A stretch of DNA of 64,000 nucleotides, from the NCBI RefSeq assembly GCF_009914755.1, contig NC_060939.1; one strand, written 5' to 3'. The translations under genes and the position numbers were made by a program. Numbering within the stretch: position 1 is the stretch's first letter; every line of letters begins with the position of its first letter. The stretch comes from the human T2T-CHM13v2.0 reference genome, Homo sapiens. The notes under the pieces were generated by a model that ran no database searches, had not been told where the DNA came from, and worked only from the letters and a program-made list of their open reading frames with translations. Positions 29,050 through 43,590 of the stretch are shown piece by piece.

Positions 29050-31330
29050 TTCTTTTTTTATGGCTTTACCTAACATAAAATAAATAAACTGCACATATTT
29101 AAAGTCTGCAGTTTGATGAGTTTTACACTTGAGAAATCATCACCATAATCAAGATAATGAAGGTGTCATTCATATAAAGGTTTCCTCCTGCTCCTTGATA
29201 ATTCCTCCCTTCTGCCCCTCCCTACTCCAGAGGTAACTACTCATCTGCTTTCTGTCATTACAGATTAGTTTGCATTTCCTACAGGTTTCTATAAATGAAA
29301 TCATACAGTCTAGATTCTTCATTCAACAGTAATTACTTGGAAAGTTATCTATATCGTTGCATGTATCGGTAGTTTTTCCTTTTCATTACTGAGTGGCACT
29401 CTGTGGTATGGTTTTACTATACTTCGTTCATCCATTTATCTGTTGAGGGACATTTGAGTTGTTTCCAGTTTTTAGCCATTAAAAATGAAACTGCTTTGAA
29501 CATCCAAATACAAATCTAGGTATAGACATATATTTTCATTTCTCTCTTGAAGTAGAATGATGGGATCATATTTTGTTTTACTTTGTTTTTCTCCTTCATC
29601 TCCTATCTCCCTCTCTTAAGCACACACTCAGACATTTAATGTATGCCTTTGCATATACACATATCTTTAAAAAATGTACAGAGCTGGTGTGTGTATGTGA
29701 TGGGCGTAACTTACATACATGGTACTAGGCTGTCAATTTAGTTCTGTTACTTACTTGTTCCACGTTTCTACGTTGGTGCTGGTGGTGGTGGTGTGTGTGT
29801 GTGTGTGTGTGTAACAGCGTCTCGTGCTGTCATGCAGGCTGTAGTGCAGTGATGCAATCACAGCTCACTGCAGCCTTGACCTCCCAGGTTCAAGTGATTC
29901 TCTTGCTTCAGCCTTCTGAGTAGCTGGGACTACAGGCACATCACCATGCTCACCTAATTTTAAAAAACATTTTTTCTTTTTGTAGAGATGGGGGTCTCAC
30001 CATATTTCCTAGGCTGGTCACCAATTCCTGGGCTCAAGCAATCCTCCCGCCTTGGCCTCCTAGAGTGCTGGGATTATAGGCATGAGCCACTAAGTCCAGC
30101 CATGTCTCTATGTTTTAGAGATCCATCTATGCACATATGTCATTAGAAATTTGTTGCTTCTGACTGCTGCACAGTATCCCATAGTGTGACCCTACCACAT
30201 TTTACTGAATCCTCCCCGGATTAACATCAAGGTTGTCTTCAACTCAGCACTCCCATAAATAATACCACATGAACATGTCCTTGTACCGGTCCCCTTGCTC
30301 GCCAGTACAAACACGGAGAGTTGGAACTGAGTCCCAAGGTGTGCGCTCACTTTATCACCAAGGGCAGCTAGCCCAACTGCTTCCAGCACCCATCTGTGCT
30401 CCAGTCCCCATCTCCCACATCCCCTGGCCAACACATGGTACCATCTGCTTTACTAATCTGATGGATGTCAAGTAGTATCTTGTTCAATATATATTTGCCT
30501 AGTTACTAATGAGATTGGGGATCTTTTCAAATACCTGCTACCTATTAGGACTTTTCTTTCTATAAATTGCCAACGGGTGTCCTTTGCCCATTACACATTT
30601 GTATTTCCTATCATTTCCTTGTTGATTGGAAGAAGCTCTTGGTTTTGCTTTGTTTGAGTTAAGGTATAGTCTACACATGTTGCACAAGATATTAACTGTG
30701 GAGCTTGATTTATTTTTACACATGGACACACCTGTGTAATCTCCACCCAGGTTAAGATTTAGAGCTTTTCAGCCCCTCAAAGGCTCTTGTGTCCCCTCCA
30801 TTTACCTTTCAAGGCAACTACTACTTTGACCTCTACACCTTAGATTGGTTTCGCTTTCAAAAACCTGTATATAAACAGAATCATGCAGTAAGTTCTCTTT
30901 CATATCTGGCATCTTTCAGATTTATCTAGGTGGTTGTGTGCTAGGTCATTCTTTTCCACTGCTGTGTAATATTCCATTGTATGCCTATGCGGAATTTATT
31001 TACCCTTTTTCTTGTTGATGGACATTTGGGTTGTTTCCAGTTTGGCGTTATTATGAATAAAGTTTCTATGAACATGTTTGAACGTGTCTTTTGGTGGCTA
31101 TAAGCACTCAATTCTGTTGGTAGTGGAATTGGTTCATCACGGGAATTTTGAATGTTTGGCTTTAATCTCCACTACTGAACGTTTTTCTAAAGTGGCTGTA
31201 CCAATTTACACTCCTACCAGCAGCGTATGAAAATTCCAGTTGCTCCTCATCCTCATTAATATTTCATACTTTCAGTCTTTTAAATTGTAGCCATTTGGTG
31301 GGTTTATAGGAATCCTTGTGTATTTTAAGA
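29050..31330 (-). mobile_element. Cluster of old L1M 3' fragments (nested or discontinuous)
   Basis: Repeated antisense L1 motifs (ggacatttgggttgtttccagttt; taccaatttacactcctaccagcag; aactgcacatatttaaagt). Confidence 0.8.
29775..30101 (-). mobile_element. AluJ whose tail is a (TGG)n(TG)n microsatellite
   Basis: TSD acgtttctacgtt / atgtctctatgtt. Confidence 0.9.
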
Positions 31331-31699
31331 TAGTCACCTCTTGTGGGTTTTACATATTGTGAATATAAATTTCATCCATCTATTATCTTAGTCCATGGCG
31401 AATAGTCTTTGTCTCCTCACCTGTAAAATGGAGATACTACTACTTGAGGCTTTAGCATAAGGATTATAGATAATGTGTTTCAAAGATCTGGCAAACAGTG
31501 GGTGCTTATTTCATGCCCCTATATATGTATCTCCACCACTAGACTGGGTGCTCTTCCAGGACAGGAACAGGGTCCGAACTGGTGTCGTCCCCAGGGCCCA
31601 CCCCGTATAGGGCCAGCGAGGAGCAGTTTTTCAATAAAGTTTGTTGATTAAATAACGAAACCTCTCGGAGGCCCTCGCTGGTCTGCCATTTCAGGGAGG

Positions 31700-32380
31700 T
31701 CAGCATGGATTGAGGGTCGGTGGGAGTGAAGAGGGAAAAAGCATTTTCCCTGCAGGGGGCCAACAGGTGTCCAGTGGGTGTGGGGAGCCCCCTCCACCGG
31801 GCGTCGGGGCCCTGGACCCCACAGCAGGGGCGGGGAGGCTGACGGGGGCGCAGCTTTTCCTCCTGAGTGTTCGCTGCCCGGGCTGGCGGCGCGGAGCCGG
31901 CCCGCCGCCGTCTGCCCCTCTGCCCGGCCCTTTTTTCCAGCAGTTCTGCCAAGAGGAGCGGGGTGCGGGGCAGGAGATGAGGAAGGAGGAGGAGAAGAAA
32001 AGGGAGAGGAGAGGAGGAGACGCAAAGGGAAGGGAGGGGTGGGAAGGGAAGAGGAGGCAAAGGGTGGGGAGAGGAGGGGAGGGGAGGAGAGGAGAGGGGA
32101 GGGGAGGGACTGGATCGGGCGCCAATCCCGCCCGCCGCGCGCCGCCCGGGCTCCCTCGGGCTCTCATTTACCCCGGCCGCTGGCAGCGGGACCCAGGCGC
32201 CTTGCCGCCTCGCTGCGGCCGCTTGGTCCCCACGCCGCCCCCTCCGCAGGCGACGAGGCCTGCAGACCGGACTGGGCAGCCACTCGGGCGCCCGCGGCGG
32301 TGGGCATCATCATGCTTCCCGGGCAAACAGCACTTCCAGCCAGAGGGTTCGCGGGGCCTGCACTGAACTCTCTCGACTCT
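31700..32380. promoter_or_regulatory. CpG island; candidate promoter or enhancer
   Basis: Abrupt rise in GC and CpG in a CpG-poor background; CCAAT at ~32123 next to GC boxes (cccgccc); GGGGCGGGG at ~31827; polypurine tract 31970-32110. Confidence 0.85.
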
Positions 32381-33174
32381 CACTGTGGGAGCTTAGTCCA
32401 AGCCTTCCTTTTACCCACTAGAGCCTGAGAACCTGAGACAGGGAGCGATTGAGCCTAGGGCCCGTGGTGAATTAGTAACAGAGTCAGCAGTAGACACTAA
32501 CCCCAAATACCCGTCCTCCGTTGCCTGTGTCCAATACATAGGTACTTCACTCAGTTTACACCTCCAAGGTCCCTCTTGGCCCCGAAGGATCCTCTCCCTG
32601 CCCTGCGTCGAAGATCGCATCCTATGTGTATGCCCTGGAGGCCTGCAGTAGCTCCCAAGGGTCTCCTGCCTCCCTTCTTGTCCCCCTAACATCCCATTCT
32701 CCATCCAGCAGCCACAGTGATGGTTTAGAATACGAATCTGCTCACCACCCTGCCCCGATGGCGTGGTAAGCAGATCTGTAAGCAGATTTGAAAGCCTTGT
32801 TGGTGTTCAGCACACTGGGAATATAGACTAGAGCCATCCCCAAAGCACAAGCACCGCAGGACCTAGCCTCTGCTTCACTCGCTCCACGCATTGAGCATCT
32901 TTTCCCCCAACCTGCCGAATTCACCCAACCCAGGGACTTCACACTTACCATTCCCTCTTCCTCAAATACTCTTTTCCCAGGTTTTTTTTGTTTTTGTTTT
33001 TGTTTTTTAACCAGGGGTTCCATGGGTTGAGCTGGGTTTCAAGATAATGATTTTCCTGTGTAACCCCATGTATATTAATTTAATGCAATTACAAACATCC
33101 TTCTGGGAAGGGATGCATAGGCTTCACCAGACTGCCCTAGCACCCCAGGCCCAGAAGAGTTTAGGAACTCCTAG

Positions 33175-34580
<1,406 letters not shown>

Positions 34581-37402
34581 TTAAAAGCCATCCGGGTGAT
34601 TCTGATGTTGGATTCTCAAGACGGAAAACTTCTGGCCCAGCATATTATCCCTGAGCTGTCAAGTTATCACCACCCAGCCTAGAAAATTTGATCCCCAAAG
34701 GTCCCCAAAGGACAACTGGGGCAAAGGTGGAAGGAGAGCTGGCTGAGTAATGAGGTGGCCTGCATGAGACATAAGTCCACAGAGGGCCAGGCTCTCCATG
34801 GACAGGGGCACAGCTTGACTGCAGGCAGGGTAGGGCTTGAGGCTTGGAGCACCACGCATTCTGTCCCTTGCTGGTTGACCTGGATCAGCATCGAGCTGGG
34901 GGGGAGATGGTCCACATTCTTGCCTTTCACATGTGGCAGGAGAGGAGTCTGCATTCCCCTGGGCACTTCTACCTCTGCCCTGGTCTGAACATTAACCAAT
35001 GTCCCTGAGGTTTCATTTGGAATCAGCCACAGTCACTCCCGACTCATACCAGCCTGGTCCTCTGGCCTCTGCCCCTTTGCCCACAGGAAGTTCCAGGGCA
35101 ATCCCAGGACCCTCCCATCCTGAGCTGTTTCCTGTGCTTTCTCCAGGAGAGCCAGATGTTTCTGCAATCTGAGTCTGAGCCCGTTCTTCACACTGGAGAG
35201 CTGGCTTCTTGTCACCAGTCCCAGGGAGCCACCTAATGCTGCCTGCAGACCAGAAAGTGCAGCCGGCAGCCTCTGATTTTGGGGGAGTTATGAATGGGAA
35301 ACCAAAGCCCTGTTTCTGTTGTCCACTGTTCTCTGGGCTTTGTGCGATTCTCAGGCCCCTGGGGGAAAGCCAGATACTTAATTGACTTCCTCAATCTGAT
35401 GATAGAGTATTGGGTATCAATAGACCGCAGGCAAGCTATTTTCATCCATGATTTCAGACGGGAGCCGAAGCCCTGGCTGCCACCACGTTCCTGCCACGCC
35501 GCCTCAGGGGATGAGCTCACCCCTGTCTGCTAGCACAGCAGCATTTGCTGCAGCCAGGCAGTCTGACTGAAGACCTCCCGGGCAAAGTTCTAGGAAGTGG
35601 AGATGTATGCAGTAACAGCATTGTGCCTGAACCAGAGCCTCCCAGTTACTAGACTGGAGTCAGGAGACCTGGGCACTCTCTTAGCTTAGCCTCTTCCTTG
35701 CTGAGGAACCCTGGGCAACTGACTTGAACAAGCTATGCCTTAGTTTCCTTGCCTGCCAAGAGGAGGTTGAAATAGACAATGATGTTGGCACTAGAATTCT
35801 ACAATAAGGCCCAAGTGCTTTTCTCACCCCATCTTATTTTAGAGCCCCGAGCCTCACTAACTTTGTGTGCTGTTCTCAAGGTAAGAATCACCAGCTCGAT
35901 AACACTTAAGGTCCCTGGGTTTGGTTCCGGTTTCCCCACTTTGCTTGCTCTTCATGACCTTGGCTGACTGATCTTAGCACAGGATTCAACAGATCATCTC
36001 TAAAGTGCTTAAGGCACCTCCCAGAGATATGCCTATACTCTGGGTCCAGAGTGAGTGAGCGTCAGTTGAGGAGCATCAGATGTCGTGGAAACTTCTTGTC
36101 CTCATGGCCCCCTGCTGGACCACTGCCCTAGACCTTAGCACTCAGCACTCTCCTGTTTAATCTACAGGCTGCGCTCCCATTCTAGTCCGTGAGTTCAAGG
36201 GCATGGAAGGGATCCCACCACTTCCGTGTCTACAGGACCTAGTGGGTGCTCAATGAATATTCATGGAACAAATGAGTATATAAGTGAATGAATGGACAGG
36301 TGGATGAATGGGTGGGCGGATGAATGAAAGAAAGAGGGAAACCCAGATGCTTGTTTGATACCCTGTGTGTATGTGTGTGCCATTGCTGGGCTGGGGAGAG
36401 GACAGGATTAGTCAGTCACAGCCAGCTAGGAGGGGTCCTGATGGCTCTGCCCGGAAACCTTTCCCCTCAGCCATGGTCTGCAGCCTCAACAACAAGGAGA
36501 AGCTCTCCTCCAACCATAGAATCATGGAATGTTGGCTCCAAGTGAAAACCACAGGTCACTTAATCCTCACCCATCCAATGGGGAAGCGAAGGCCCAGACA
36601 GGTTCCGTTTCTGCCTCACTACTGAGCTCATCATGGAAACTGTTGTTTTTCCATGAATAAAGGACCCAGGGGTGGGGGGGAAGGGGCACAGGGAGAAGCA
36701 GGTATTAACTAGATGAAGGTTAAACACAGCGAAAGCCAGTGCCTTGCCAGGGGCCTGACCAGCTTAGAGCAAGGGGCTTGTACAGTAAAGGGGGCTTGTG
36801 AGCTCCAGGGTGTCAGCTCGCCTGGGCTGGGCCATCAGGCATTATGTAACCAAGCAGAGGCTCCAAGAAACACCTAAGCTGGCCTGGTGTTCATCCCAGA
36901 AAGTGGTTTTCTGCTATTTCCTATAGAGGGAGGTTTTGCTGAGCACAGGGTTTTTAGCATTTTCCGTCGTTTGCTATTAAGAAAAGCAGGAGACAGAATA
37001 TAAAATCCTTCCCTGAGATTGCCAGAATCTTCGAGTTTTGGAGAAGAAAGAGCTTAAGCTTGGTCCCGTGGGTCCCTAGAGGCCTGGGGCTTCTGAGGCA
37101 ACAGGAGCTGGTCCCACGTTGAAATCTTTTCCTAAATCAGGCAGCTCCCCTAGGGCCAGGCATGGAAGGGGGTGCTGAGACCTTGGAACGTGGCTGCCAC
37201 ATCAGCCCGAGCCAATGCCGCTCCAGCAGGAAAATGGTGAGAGAACCAGGAGACCAGCACAGAAACATTAAGAGCCCTGGAGGACACAGCTCTATTTAGG
37301 TGCTCTAAATTGGCTTGGGGAGGAGGGCAGGGTTGGAAAAAGACCCCACTAAAATTTTACTTCCACCAAAAAGATTCAAAATTAACATTCTCATCTCTGT
37401 CT

Positions 37403-37857
<455 letters not shown>

Positions 37858-39096
37858 TAATGCAACATTTTTGTAAGCCCCAACCTAAGGAAGAAGAATA
37901 GATGTCTTGAATACATTACTGTGGTGTGAGGACCTTGGGGAACCGGAGAATTCCCGGCAGTTTGGAAGAGGTGGAGGATGGTTCAAGAAAGGTCTGGAGC
38001 ATGGGCCAGATGGTTAGAAGGAAAACCTGATGGAAATCAGTTTGATGGAGGGACCCGGGAGAGCTGGGAGCAAGGGGGCAGGGTTGGTGCGAGGGGCCTG
38101 CCTGTACCCCCACCCAAGGATGGGAGCAGAAAGACCCCACAGGCACGTGCCCACACTCTGGTTCCAGAGCGAACATAAGTTGAAGTAGTGGAGACATGGC
38201 TAGGATGTCCTCATGTCTGCCCCTCCCAAGTCCCATCCTCACACCCCCAGGGCCCTCTTGGGCTCATATGAGAGAGTGTAGCCGGCCTGGCTGATCCAGA
38301 GTCAACTGTCTGCCATCAAGTTCTAGTGTCCCTTGCAATCTGTGTGACTCAGGCAAGTTGCTAATTTCTCTGCCTCTGCGACTTCATCTGTAAAATGGAA
38401 ATAACGCCAGCACCTGCATGCTCAGAGAGATGTGAGGATTGAGATAGAGCAGCAAAGTGCTTAGCACAGCGTGGGCATGGGTCCAGTGCTCAGTGAATGT
38501 TAGCTGTTAGGAAATTCACCAATCCTTCTGGGGTTGAATAAGGACAAACACAGCCTATCCAGCTGAAATCTTGGGAGCATCCTCATCTGAAGGCAGTGCG
38601 TGGGGCACAGTGCTGGGGTGAGGTGGGGCTCTACAGGGGTGGGTAACGTAGGGCCTACCCCACGGGGTGCACAGTCCAGTAGGGCCTGGAGACTTGAGAC
38701 TGAGCCTAGTGGAGGGACAGCTGAGTTAAGGCAGAAAAGGTGGTGGAATTCAGGGAAGGCTGGCTGGAGGTGGTGCCAGTTTCCCAGAAGGCTGTCATGC
38801 AGTCAACATCATCCCACACCATGTGATCCTACAGGATCCCCATCAGAGGTGAGTAGCCCTGTGCCCCCTCGTAGCATCCCCACCCCCATCCAGACACAGC
38901 CTTCCTCAGGAGGAGACCTCGTCAACCCTCAGTCCTTGCCAGGGCTGCTGAAAGCTGGTTGCCAAATGGACAAACCTCAGGGACCATGAATAGTGGGAAG
39001 ACCTTGTTCAAATGTCCCCTCCCTCTTCTGGGTGACTTCGCTGAAGCATTGTGTGGACTCCAAACCCTTGTGTTCCCCACATGCCTTGTCCTTAAG

Positions 39097-39178
39097 CTCA
39101 CCAGTCTGGTGGGTGCTGAGTTCTGGTGTTTTCTATCACTCACCAGTCTGGTGGGTGCTGAGTTCTGGTGTTTTCTAT
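39097..39178. repeat. 42-bp tandem duplication (2 copies)
   Basis: ctcaccagtctggtgggtgctgagttctggtgttttctat at 39097 and 39139, identical over 40 bp. Confidence 0.97.
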
Positions 39179-39380
39179 TGGACTGTGCTCCTGGAGGACA
39201 GGGACTGTGTCTTCTCTGTGCCCAGCTCAGCCTGTGACACACAGCAACCCTTCCAACAGTGTTGAATCACATTCGCTTCTTGTGCACAAACCTGGATCAC
39301 CCAATAGGCAGCTGAGCTTGTGCTTGGCACATCAGTACAGCAGGACCCATACACACAAATGTCTTTTAAAACATGTTATC

Positions 39381-39692
39381 TTCTTTTCTTTTGTTTTGTT
39401 TTATATACAGACAGCATCTCACCCTGTTGCTCAGACTGGAGTGCACTGGCATCATCATGGCTCACTAAAGCCTGAACCTCCTGTTCTCAAGCGATCCTCC
39501 CGCCTCAGCCTCTCAAGTAGCTGGAACCACAGACACACGCTGCCAAACCTGGTTAATTTTTATTTTACTTTTTGTAGAGATAGGGTCTTGCTATGTTGCC
39601 CAGACTTGTCTCGAACTCCTGGGCTCAAGCAATCCTTTGGCCTCAGCCTCCTAAAGGGCTGGCATTACAGGCACAAGTCACTGCACCTGGCC
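39381..39692 (-). mobile_element. AluJ
   Basis: Diverged antisense Alu. Confidence 0.9.
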
Positions 39693-40359
39693 AAAATGTT
39701 GGAATTTTGATTATTTCTAAGGAAAGCATCAAAGTCCCCATCATGGGAAAAATCAGAATTTTATTGGACGCCCTTATGCTTTTACTGGTTTAGTGTGGCT
39801 TTCATATTGATTTCCATATGGGGGCACATTCCTTTAGGTCCATAGCAACTTTCAAAATTTCCACTCAGCCCTTCTTATGAAACATTTGCTGCTGCTTTTT
39901 GGTTTCTCAAAAGGGCACCTGGAAAGTTCAGCTTCAGCAAAGCATGATTAAGTGGAGCATTTGGAGTCAAATCTGAGCTTGAGTCCCTGACCTATCACTC
40001 AACCAAATGAACATTTGAACAAATTAACGAACAAACTTAATACAACTCAACCCCTATGAACGCTCTGCCTCTTCATCTAGTGAGTCATTCATTCAGTATG
40101 TATTGAGTGCCTACTGTTTGCAGATGTAATTCTAGGCGCCTGGGACATATCAGTGCACCAAAGAAGCTGCTTTCTCCTGGTGCTTACATTCATTAAGGGC
40201 AGGAGAAGACAGTCAATAAGAGACACAATAAGTAATGAATATGGCAAGTTGGAGAGTGACAAATTCTGTAGACAAAATAAAAAGTGATGAAGAATGAAGG
40301 GAATGAAGAATGAAGGGTGCTGAGGAACAAGTTGCAGTGTGAAGTGTGTGTGCATATGA

Positions 40360-40600
40360 TGGAAATAGCATGGATGTCAGAGCCAGACATGCGTTCGAAT
40401 CCCAGCATGCACTAGCCATGTGGCTTCGGGCAAGTTATTTAACCTCTCTGTGCCTCAGTTTCCTCATCTGTAAAAAGGGGATTATAATAATAGTAGCCAA
40501 CTCACAGGGGATTATTACAGGAATTAAATGAGTGAATGCACATAAGGTGCTTGGAGCAGTGCCGGCACATACTGAAAGCTGTATAAGCATTGAATATTAG
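40360..40600 (+). mobile_element. MIR, near full length
   Basis: gttcgaatcccagc..gggcaagttatttaacctctctgtgcctcagtttcctcatctgtaaaa. Confidence 0.9.
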
Positions 40601-42597
40601 CAGGAGGAAGTGTGACTAAATGCCAGCTATTGTGATAATCCCATCCACATACTCAGGCTCCCAGAATTCTAGGACCCACATTATTTCTCTGGGCCCCCTC
40701 ACTGTGTAAGTGAGGGAAAGGGAGGCAAGGTGCCCCTCAACCCCTTCAGCTCCAGAGCTCACCAGCTCTGGATGAGGCTGACCCAGACCTGAATCCCGTT
40801 TCCACCACTGACTTGCTGTGTGACCTTGGGCAAGTCTCTGAGCCTCAGTTCCTCATCTCTAAAGTGGGAACAATAATAAGTGATGATCTACTGTGACTCA
40901 GGCACTGCTCTGACTGATTTGCAAGTGTCACCTCATTTAATCCTTGCCACAACCCTATGAGTTGGTTTTTGCAGGTGGGAAACTGAGGCACAGGCAGGTA
41001 AGAAGCCCACCCTCCCCACCACCTGCCCCTGACATTGCCGGTTCCTTCCCCATGAGTGGCTGGAGAGGAAGGGGGTAGTTTTGACCCAGGAGTCATTTTT
41101 CTCTCTTTGCACTCTCAAAAATTATTTTCAGCCAGCCAGAGAGCAACAGTTGTGGGTTCCAAGTTTGCAGGTGCCCCATATTTCACCTGGTGCTCCTCAC
41201 CCCGCCAAAACCCTGGTTTCTTTGCTACTTGGTCACATCAAAATAATTACATTTCAAACATCCATGTTTGGCCAACGCTCAGCCCTCTAAGAGGGACCTG
41301 GGTGAACCGCGTTTCAGAAAAGGAGAAAAATAAGAGACCTAATAGACTAGGTTGTTTGTTTGTTTGAATGACAAGACCCAGAATGACAAAAATGTCTTGG
41401 GATGGTGGGGAGAGGTTATTTTGGGTCAATAAGGAAGTGAGGTCACTCTTCCGAGAGAATCACAGAGGGCCACGTGGACAATTAGAAATAAATGTACCTG
41501 TGCTAATCCCAGTGTGTGGGTCTTTAAATAGAGCCTGGTGCGTGTCTGTCAATGTGGAACACGGTGTCCCTTCTGCAGGCTGTTTACCAGCCTTCAATGG
41601 GCTGCTTTGTTGTGTGTCTGCTTGCACAGCCCTAGCTGGACAACGAGTGGCTCCAGTGCACGTGCACCTCCCGCCACTTTCCTTCAACAAACTCCAGGAG
41701 CAGTGGTCAGCCTGGAGCGAGGCTGCTGTAAGAGTGAATGGGGCCCAGGCTTTGGCACCAGGGACACTTCCCAACAAGGGGGAGCCAGTGACCACCCTCC
41801 TGGGCCTCTGCTGAAGGATCCTAGAACAGCCCTGGCTCCTTGGTTTCTCTCAGTTCCCTGACACTGAGGGTCTCACCTTTCTTCTTGACTCCTGGCAGTG
41901 CCATTTTCAGCACATGGAGACCAGTCCCTGGGGCCCACAAAAAGTCATTATGAGTCCAGCTTTGCCAGCCAGGGACCGGCAAACATCTATTTGTTCAGTT
42001 TTTCCTCCATCTGCCAGTCACCCAGACTTTAGCTCCTGCTGTGTGTTAGGCCCTAGCTCTGTCATAGTCACAATGGCTAAATCTACTGGACATTTACTGG
42101 GTCCCTGACCCCATGCTAAGCACTCCACATACAGTGTTTATTTCTTTAATCCTCACAACAACTCTGAATGTTCTTAGCCCCACTTTAGGATCCCCCATTA
42201 AATAGATGATAAAGCTGAGACTCTGGGAGACCAAGTTCCTACACTTCGCCAAGAGCAGACTGGGAGTTTAACACAGGGGTGCTCAATTCCAAAGCACACG
42301 CCCTTTACAGTTAAGCTATCCCGCCATGGTGATGCATTAAACGCCATCCCTGCCTCTAGGACCCCACCCTGGTGGAAACAATAAGCAAGAAAACAAGCAG
42401 TAATGGAAGTGCTATGGTAAATACTGGCTCAGGCAAGAAGAGGCACCTAGTCTAGCCCAAATAGAGCGAGTAGAGGATAAAGAACTTAGAAGAGATGATC
42501 TTTGAATTCAGTCTTTAAAAAGAAAAAGTGCAAGTTACAGATGGAGGAGGCAGACCTACTGCCCAACTAAACGAATAGACTCTTTAGGGAAGGGAGA

Positions 42598-42599
<2 letters not shown>

Positions 42600-42643
<44 letters not shown>
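42600..42643. repeat. (TG)n microsatellite, ~22 units
   Basis: Direct reading. Confidence 0.97.
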
Positions 42644-42645
<2 letters not shown>

Positions 42646-43556
42646 AGTCTGTCTGTTGATAGAGGAAATAATGAGGCGTGGCTTGAGGTGGAGACTTGTG
42701 GGCCTTCAGGAGATAGTGGGGTCTTGACTTTGGCACCTTCAATTACTGATCTTGATGATTTAATGGCCACATATATTTACTGAGAACTTCTGCTGGCCAC
42801 ATGTCACATGTCACACAGTTTTGAGGGTTTCAAAGCTCATTTGGGCTTCACTGTGACATGCTCTAGAAAAGGGTAAGCAGCAACATTTCCATTTTTCAGA
42901 CGGGGAAACTGATATTCAATGAGATTAGGGCATTTGCCACCATGCATGCTACACAATTTCTAGAACTTAAAGACTCTCGGGATAGGGCGGGCCCTTTAAG
43001 GATGTGTCGCAGCCATCCATTTAATTTGTGACTCCCGTCCTAAGTGGCTACCATACCTTTTTTTTGAATGCTTTTAATGGCAGATAACTCATTTTAACTC
43101 ATTAGCTTCTAAAACACATCATCTGTCCTCAGAGAGACTTCCCAATTCCTAAAAAGTTCTCCCTTATTAGAGTCTAATTCTGTCTCCAGGTTCTGTGATC
43201 CATTGTTCCAGCTCCCTGCTGGGGCCATATACCACATCATTCCTCTCTTCAGAGGGTGGCCCTCCACAAATTTGGAAAGATACTCGGGGTCTTGGCCAGG
43301 AGGCCTCGGATACACGGCATGTCGCCCATGGAGGCTCCTGTCCCACTGTTCTGCCCGCTCTGGGCCTGCCCTGTGTGTCTGCCTTGGCATTAGGCCAACA
43401 TGTGTCTGGTTCCAGCACTTTAGGGGAGTCTCAGTTTGCAGACCCCAAAGCCTCTGCCTAGTGACCCAGCTCCATGGGCATTTGCCCAACCAGGTCCGAG
43501 GACTGGCTCTAGCCCCATGTGGTCCTCCCTCTCGCGCCAACTTTGCAGCAAGTTCT

Positions 43557-43590
43557 GCTCTCTCTCTCTCTCTCTCTCGCTCTCTCTCTG
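43557..43590. repeat. (CT)n microsatellite
   Basis: Direct reading. Confidence 0.92.

Noticed and set aside
31539-32428. Overlapping long ORFs (up to 218 aa) on both strands
   Set aside because: Low-complexity G/R/P/A/E translations expected in a CpG island with few stop codons; no recognisable domain.
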